Source: a virus
Taxonomy: Duplodnaviria; Heunggongvirae; Uroviricota; Caudoviricetes
Direction: 5' to 3' (one strand)
DNA length: 19,113 bases
Virus record (IMG/VR): IMGVR_UViG_2648501299_000003
Location: 1 to 19,113 of that record
Both the position numbers and the translations under genes were made by a program. The notes under the pieces are model-generated. The model searched no databases, was not told where the DNA came from, and saw nothing but the letters and a program-made list of their open reading frames with translations. Shown here piece after piece: positions 14,491-19,113 of the stretch; position 1 is the stretch's first letter; each line of letters starts with the position of its first letter.

Positions 14491-14693
14491 CGTTCTCAGT
14501 AAAAACCATTCCAGACATGCTCGTTGAAGCATACGGAAACCAGACAGAAGTAGCACGCAGACTGAAATGTAGTCGCTGTACGGTCAGAAAATACGTTGAT
14601 GATAAAGACGGGAAAATGCACGCCATCGTCAACGACGTTCTCATGGTTCATCGCGGATGGAGTGAAAGAGATGCGCTATTACGAAAAAATTGA
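14487..14693 (+). CDS. ninH: NinH (68 aa)
   Basis: [30 protein letters not shown]... matches recalled lambda NinH; ATGA overlap with NinG. Confidence 0.8.
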   Translation: MTFSVKTIPDMLVEAYGNQTEVARRLKCSRCTVRKYVDDKDGKMHAIVNDVLMVHRGWSERDALLRKN

Positions 14694-15336
14694 TGGCAGC
14701 AAATACCGAAATATTTGGGTAGTTGGCGATCTGCACGGATGCTACACGAACCTGATGAAAAAACTGGAGACGATAGGATTCGACACCAAAAAAGACCTGC
14801 TTATCTCGGTTGGCGATTTGGTCGATCGCGGTACAGAGAACGTCGAATGCCTGGAATTAATCACATTCCCCTGGTTCAGAGCTGTACGTGGAAACCATGA
14901 GCAAATGATGATTGATGGCTTATCAGAGCGTGGAAACGTTAATCACTGGCTGCTTAATGGCGGTGGCTGGTTCTTTAATCTCGATTACGACAAAGAAATT
15001 CTGGCTAAAGCTCTTGCCCATAAAGCAGATGAACTTCCGTTAATCATCGAACTGGTGAGCAAAGATAAAAAATATGTCATCTGCCACGCCGATTATCCTT
15101 GTGACGAATACGAGTTTGGAAAGCCAGTTGATCATCAGCAGGTAATCTGGAACCGCGAACGAATCAGCAACTCACAAGACTGGATCGTGAAAGAAATCAA
15201 AGGCGCGGACACGTTCATCTTTGGTCATACGCCAGCAGTGAAACCACTCAAATTTGCCAACCAGATGTATATCGATACTGGCGCAGTGTTCTGCGGAAAT
15301 CTCACATTGATTCAGGTACAGGGAGACGGCGCATGA
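14671..15336 (+). CDS. ninI: NinI serine/threonine protein phosphatase (lambda PPase-like, 221 aa)
   Basis: [25 protein letters not shown]...GNHE... metallophosphatase motifs; start taken at ATG 14671 (track ORF begins at 14596). Confidence 0.85.
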   Translation: MRYYEKIDGSKYRNIWVVGDLHGCYTNLMKKLETIGFDTKKDLLISVGDLVDRGTENVECLELITFPWFRAVRGNHEQMMIDGLSERGNVNHWLLNGGGWFFNLDYDKEILAKALAHKADELPLIIELVSKDKKYVICHADYPCDEYEFGKPVDHQQVIWNRERISNSQDWIVKEIKGADTFIFGHTPAVKPLKFANQMYIDTGAVFCGNLTLIQVQGDGA

Positions 15337-15956
15337 GACTCGAAAGCGTGGCTAAATTTCATTCGCCAAAAAGCCCGATGATGAGCGACTCACCACGGGC
15401 CACGGCTTCTGACTCTCTTTCCGGTACTGATGTGATGGCTGCTATGGGGATGGCGCAATCACAAGCCGGATTCGGTATGGCTGCATTTTGCGGTAAGCAC
15501 GAACTCAGCCAGAACGACAAACAAAAGGCTATCAACTATCTGATGCAGTTTGCACACAAGGTATCGGGGAAATACCGTGGCGTGGCAAAGCTTGAAGGAA
15601 ATACTAAGGCAAAGGTACTGCAAGTGCTCGCAACATTCGCTTATGCGGATTATTGCCGTAGTGCCGCGACGCCGGGGGCAAGATGCAGAGATTGCCACGG
15701 TACAGGCCGTGCGGTTGATATAGCAAAAACAGAGCAGTGGGGGAGAGTTGTTGAGAAAGAGTGCGGAAGATGCAAAGGCGTAGGCTATTCCAGGATGCCA
15801 GCAAGCGCCGCATATCGCGCTGTAACGATGCTAATCCCAAACCTTACCCAACCCACCTGGTCACGCACTGTTAAGCCGCTGTATGACGCTCTGGTGGTGC
15901 AATGCCACAAAGAAGAGTCAATCGCAGACAACATTTTGAATGCGGTCACACGTTAG
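15333..15956 (+). CDS. Q: Q late-gene antiterminator (lambda-type, 207 aa)
   Basis: Essentially identical to recalled lambda Q over its length ([24 protein letters not shown]...[12 protein letters not shown]...). Confidence 0.9.
   Translation: MRLESVAKFHSPKSPMMSDSPRATASDSLSGTDVMAAMGMAQSQAGFGMAAFCGKHELSQNDKQKAINYLMQFAHKVSGKYRGVAKLEGNTKAKVLQVLATFAYADYCRSAATPGARCRDCHGTGRAVDIAKTEQWGRVVEKECGRCKGVGYSRMPASAAYRAVTMLIPNLTQPTWSRTVKPLYDALVVQCHKEESIADNILNAVTR
15620..15633 (-). promoter_or_regulatory. candidate paQ CII site (TTGC-N6-TTGC, antisense within Q)
   Basis: Plus strand GCAAgtgctcGCAA inside Q; lambda carries a CII-dependent antisense promoter within Q. Confidence 0.4.
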
Positions 15957-15998
15957 CGGCATGATTGCCACGGATGGCAACATCTTTACGGCATGATA

Positions 15999-16027
15999 TT
16001 GACTTTTTGAATAAAGTTGGGTAAATT
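15999..16027 (+). promoter_or_regulatory. pR' late promoter (qut region just downstream)
   Basis: -35 TTGACT (15999-16004), 17-bp spacer, -10 TAAATT (16022-16027), directly downstream of Q. Confidence 0.7.
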
Positions 16028-16167
16028 TGACCCAACGATGGGTTAATTCGCTCGTTGTGGTAGTGAGATGAAAAGAGGCGGCGCTTACTACCGATTCCGC
16101 CTAGTTGGTCACTTCGACGTATCGTCTGGAACTCCAACCATCGCAGGCAGAGAGGTCTGCAAAATGC

Positions 16168-16227
16168 AATCCCGAAACAGTTCGCAGGTAATAGTTAGAG
16201 CCTGCATAACGGTTTCGGGATTTTTTA
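16168..16227 (+). terminator. tR'-like terminator ending the short pR' leader (6S RNA equivalent)
   Basis: AATCCCGAAAC (16168-16178) pairs with GTTTCGGGATT (16212-16222) around an inner GCAGG/CCTGC hairpin, then TTTTTT (16221-16226); about 190 nt from the predicted pR' start. Confidence 0.7.
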
Positions 16228-16632
16228 TATCTGCACAACAGGTAAGAGCATTGAGTCGATAATCGTGAAGAGTCGGAGAGCCTGGTTAGCCAGTGCTCTT
16301 TCCGTTGTGCTGAATTAAGCGAATACCGGAAGCAGAACCGGATCACCAAATGCGTACAGGCGTCATCGCCGCCCAGCAACAGCACAACCCAAACTGAGCC
16401 GTAGCCACTGGCTATCCTGAACTCATCAGTGATAGTTACGCTGCGGCCTTCTATACATGACCTTCGTGAAAGCGGGTGGCAAGAGGTTGCGCTAACAACC
16501 TCCTGCCGTTTTGCCCGTGCATATCGGTCACGAACAAATCTGATTACTAAACACAGTAGCCTGGATTTGTTCTATCAGTAATCGACCTTATTCCTAAATA
16601 AATAGAGCAAATCCCCTTATTGGGGGTAAGAC

Positions 16633-16956
16633 ATGAAGATGCCAGAAAAAAATGACCTGTTAGCCGCCATTCTCGCGGCAAAGGAACAAGGCATCGGGGC
16701 AATCCTTGCGTTTGCAATGGCGTACCTTCGCGGCAGATATAATGGCGGTGCGTTTACAAAAACAGTAATCGACGCAACGATGTGCGCCATTATCGCCTGG
16801 TTCATTCGTGACCTTCTCGACTTCGCTGGACTAAGTAGCAATCTCGCTTATATAACGAGCGTGTTCATCGGCTACATCGGTACTGACTCGATTGGTTCGC
16901 TTATCAAACGCTTCGCTGCTAAAAAAGCCGGAGTAGAAGATGGTGGGAATCAATAA
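16633..16956 (+). CDS. S: class I holin S with dual-start motif (S107 antiholin / S105 holin)
   Basis: [39 protein letters not shown]... near-identical to recalled lambda S; ATG at 16633 and 16639 (Met-Lys-Met). Confidence 0.9.
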   Translation: MKMPEKNDLLAAILAAKEQGIGAILAFAMAYLRGRYNGGAFTKTVIDATMCAIIAWFIRDLLDFAGLSSNLAYITSVFIGYIGTDSIGSLIKRFAAKKAGVEDGGNQ

Positions 16957-17416
16957 TCAACGTAAGGCGTTCCTCGATATGCTGGCATGGTCAGAGGGAA
17001 CTGATAACGGACGTCAGAAAACCAGAAATCATGGTTATGACGTCATTGTAGGCGGAGAGCTATTCACTGATTACTCAGATCACCCTCGCAAACTTGTCAC
17101 GCTAAACCCCAAACTCAAATCAACAGCCGCCGGACGTTACCAGCTTCTTTCACGTTGGTGGGATGCATACCGTAAGCAGCTTGGCCTGAAAGACTTCTCT
17201 CCGAAAAGCCAGGACGCTGTGGCATTGCAACAGATTAAAGAGCGTGGCGCTTTGCCGATGATTGATCGCGGTGATATCCGTCAGGCAATCGACCGTTGCA
17301 GCAATATCTGGGCTTCGTTGCCCGGGGCTGGTTATGGCCAGTTCGAGCATAAGGCTGACAGCCTGATTGCAAAATTCAAAGAAGCTGGCGGAACAGTCAG
17401 AGAGATTGAGGTATGA
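16940..17416 (+). CDS. R: endolysin R (lytic transglycosylase, 158 aa)
   Basis: Near identity to recalled lambda R ([46 protein letters not shown]...). Confidence 0.9.
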   Translation: MVGINNQRKAFLDMLAWSEGTDNGRQKTRNHGYDVIVGGELFTDYSDHPRKLVTLNPKLKSTAAGRYQLLSRWWDAYRKQLGLKDFSPKSQDAVALQQIKERGALPMIDRGDIRQAIDRCSNIWASLPGAGYGQFEHKADSLIAKFKEAGGTVREIEV

Positions 17417-17850
17417 GCAGAGTAACCGCGATTATCTCCGCTCTGGTTATCTGCATCATCGTCTGCCTGTCATGGGCTGTTAATCATTACCGGGATAACG
17501 CCATGACCTACAAAGAGCAGCGCGATAAGGCCACATCCACAATCGCTGACATTCAGAAGCGTCAACGTGATGTAGCAGAACTCGATGCCAGATATACAAA
17601 GGAACTTGCTGATGCTAACGCGACTATCGAAAGTCTCCGTGCTGATGTTTCTGCTGGGCGTAAGCGCCTGCAAGTCGCCGCCACCTGTGCAAAGTCAACG
17701 ACCGGAGCCAGCAGCATGGGCGATGGAGAAAGCCCAAGACTTACAGCAGATGCTGAACTCAATTATTACCGTCTCCGAAGTGGAATCGACAGGATAACCG
17801 CGCAGGTTAACTACTTGCAGGAATACATCAGGACGCAATGCCTTCGATGA
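17413..17850 (+). CDS. Rz: Rz i-spanin (145 aa)
   Basis: N-terminal TM segment [23 protein letters not shown], coiled-coil remainder, lambda Rz-like; ATGA overlap with R. Confidence 0.85.
   Translation: MSRVTAIISALVICIIVCLSWAVNHYRDNAMTYKEQRDKATSTIADIQKRQRDVAELDARYTKELADANATIESLRADVSAGRKRLQVAATCAKSTTGASSMGDGESPRLTADAELNYYRLRSGIDRITAQVNYLQEYIRTQCLR
17612..17797 (+). CDS. Rz1: Rz1 o-spanin lipoprotein embedded in the +1 frame of Rz (about 61 aa)
   Basis: Lipobox LLGVSAC followed by proline-rich [13 protein letters not shown]; AAGGA 8 nt upstream of ATG 17612 (alternative ATG 17585). Confidence 0.7.
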   Translation: MLTRLSKVSVLMFLLGVSACKSPPPVQSQRPEPAAWAMEKAQDLQQMLNSIITVSEVESTG

Positions 17851-17990
17851 TAGCGATAATTTTACTCATCATCCTTCACATCTGGCTCTGTAGACAGGGT
17901 GGTGATCACTTCTGGAGTGAATCCAGATTAAACATCTCATTGCTGATGCTTGAAGTTGAGCATCTGGCGCGCGGTAAGGGGCTGCGTTGA
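17847..17990 (+). CDS. small hydrophobic ORF (47 aa) coupled to the Rz stop
   Basis: ATG 17847 overlaps the Rz stop (ATGA); N-terminus [15 protein letters not shown] is TM-like; below track cutoff. Confidence 0.3.
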   Translation: MIAIILLIILHIWLCRQGGDHFWSESRLNISLLMLEVEHLARGKGLR

Positions 17991-18228
17991 GATAAGAGCC
18001 AGTTCATTACAAAGCCTATCTACGGGTGGGCTTGATAATGAAACCGGAATTTATTCTGGGCAACCAGTTACGGCAGTACAGCGAAACAACCCAAGCCAGT
18101 AAGTGGGGAAATAACACTGGCAGCCACTGAAAGATGAACCTCCTGCCTTATGGCAAAAAAGATTCTTTGTGGTTGCGGACTGATGGAAAGACATCCTAAT
18201 CAAGCAACTACTCTACAGGGTCATAATT

Positions 18229-18600
18229 ATGAACGACCAGCAAATTGAAAAAGAAATCGCAGCCAAGGGTAAGACGGCGGCTCGCGTTACTCCTGAACAC
18301 ATTGCCAGCATAATCGCCAGCGAACATTACTTTACGGCCGCTGATGGTGCTCGCTTTGCTCATGTGCAGAGAAGCGAAACATACAGCGTAAAAATCCCAG
18401 ACCAGCCTGACGAGCTGGAGCTGCTGACATTCTGCGTTCTGGTGCTGAAGAATGGCTTTACGGTCACCGGGGAAAGCGCCTGCGCCAGCCCAGAGAACTT
18501 CGATGAAGAAATCGGGCGCAAGATTGCTCGCCAGAATGCTGTAAACAAAATCTGGATGCTCGAAGGTTACTTGCTGAAGCAGAAGCTAAGCGAACAGTAG
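18229..18600 (+). CDS. hypothetical phage protein (123 aa), possibly Gp49/Sf6 gp66-like
   Basis: ORF between the lysis cassette and the HNH gene; family assignment is a weak recollection only. Confidence 0.5.
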   Translation: MNDQQIEKEIAAKGKTAARVTPEHIASIIASEHYFTAADGARFAHVQRSETYSVKIPDQPDELELLTFCVLVLKNGFTVTGESACASPENFDEEIGRKIARQNAVNKIWMLEGYLLKQKLSEQ

Positions 18601-18762
18601 TTATTACAAAAGCCATTCCCTACAGAGTGGCTTTGATAATGGCTTATACCCTACACGGGATAACTTAACTGATATCCCTTTTAACGGATAAACGGAGCCA
18701 ATAATGGCAGAGAATGTCGGCATTATGGCAGTGAAATTTGGATAAATCGGAGATTAGTACAT

Positions 18763-19113
18763 ATGCCGCCACGAATCCCAAAAGCCTGCCGTGTTCGCGG
18801 TTGCCGCCATACCACCACAGATCCGTCAGGCTATTGTGAAAGCCACAAAAGCGAAGGCTGGAAGCAATACAAGCCAGGACAATCCCGTCATCAGCGCGGT
18901 TATGGTTCGAAGTGGGATGTTATCCGTGAACGTGTGCTGAAGCGTGACAAAGGCCTGTGCCAGTTGTGCCTGCGTGCCGGTGTGGTACGTGAGGCGAAAA
19001 CCGTTGACCACATCATCCCTAAAGCGCATGGCGGCACTGATGCCGACTGTAATCTGCAGAGTCTGTGCTGGCCGTGTCATAAGGCGAAGACGGCCCGTGA
19101 ACGGTTGAAGTGA
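18763..19113 (+). CDS. HNH endonuclease (terminase-associated type, 116 aa)
   Basis: Cys-rich N-terminus (CRVRGCRH...C) and HNH motif DHIIPKAHGG...NLQSLCWPCHKAKT; ATG 18763, stop at the window end; position matches HNH genes that precede terminase in HK97-like packaging modules. Confidence 0.8.
   Translation: MPPRIPKACRVRGCRHTTTDPSGYCESHKSEGWKQYKPGQSRHQRGYGSKWDVIRERVLKRDKGLCQLCLRAGVVREAKTVDHIIPKAHGGTDADCNLQSLCWPCHKAKTARERLK

Noticed and set aside
14596-14670. N-terminal extension of the NinI phosphatase (start 14596)
   Set aside because: Lambda phosphatase begins MRYYEKIDG, which corresponds to ATG 14671; the extension overlaps NinH
16101-16385. Minus-strand 94-aa ORF between Q and S
   Set aside because: Overlaps the pR' leader and tR' region; lambda has no gene here

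Overview
This window is the early/immunity/replication/nin/lysis portion of a mosaic lambdoid prophage, read by eye from the sequence and ORF track (no searches run; family calls rest on recalled sequences). Left arm (minus strand, leftward pL-type operon): P22-type N antiterminator with an exact P22-type boxB, several small unknown ORFs, a 322-aa E/A/K/R-repeat coiled-coil protein, cIII, kil, an Erf + SSB recombination module, Ea22-like proteins and an AlpA/Xis-like excisionase at the window start. Centre: a cI repressor with a lambda-like cleavage domain but different N-terminal domain, candidate 15-bp operators (ANTAC-N5-GTANT), cro, nutR and lambda-like cII. Right arm (plus strand): O-like initiator with internal iterons, DnaB-type helicase, an AT-rich island carrying an HNH-AP2 endonuclease, NinB, a second HNH-AP2 endonuclease coupled to a Dam-type methyltransferase, lambda-like NinE/F/G/H/I, Q, pR'/tR', S-R-Rz/Rz1, and a terminase-associated HNH endonuclease at the window end. 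The best candidate for an undescribed system is the AT-rich cargo gene (126 aa) plus a 33-aa ORF and terminator sitting downstream of cI in the rexAB position; function cannot be assigned from sequence. Coordinates include stop codons.
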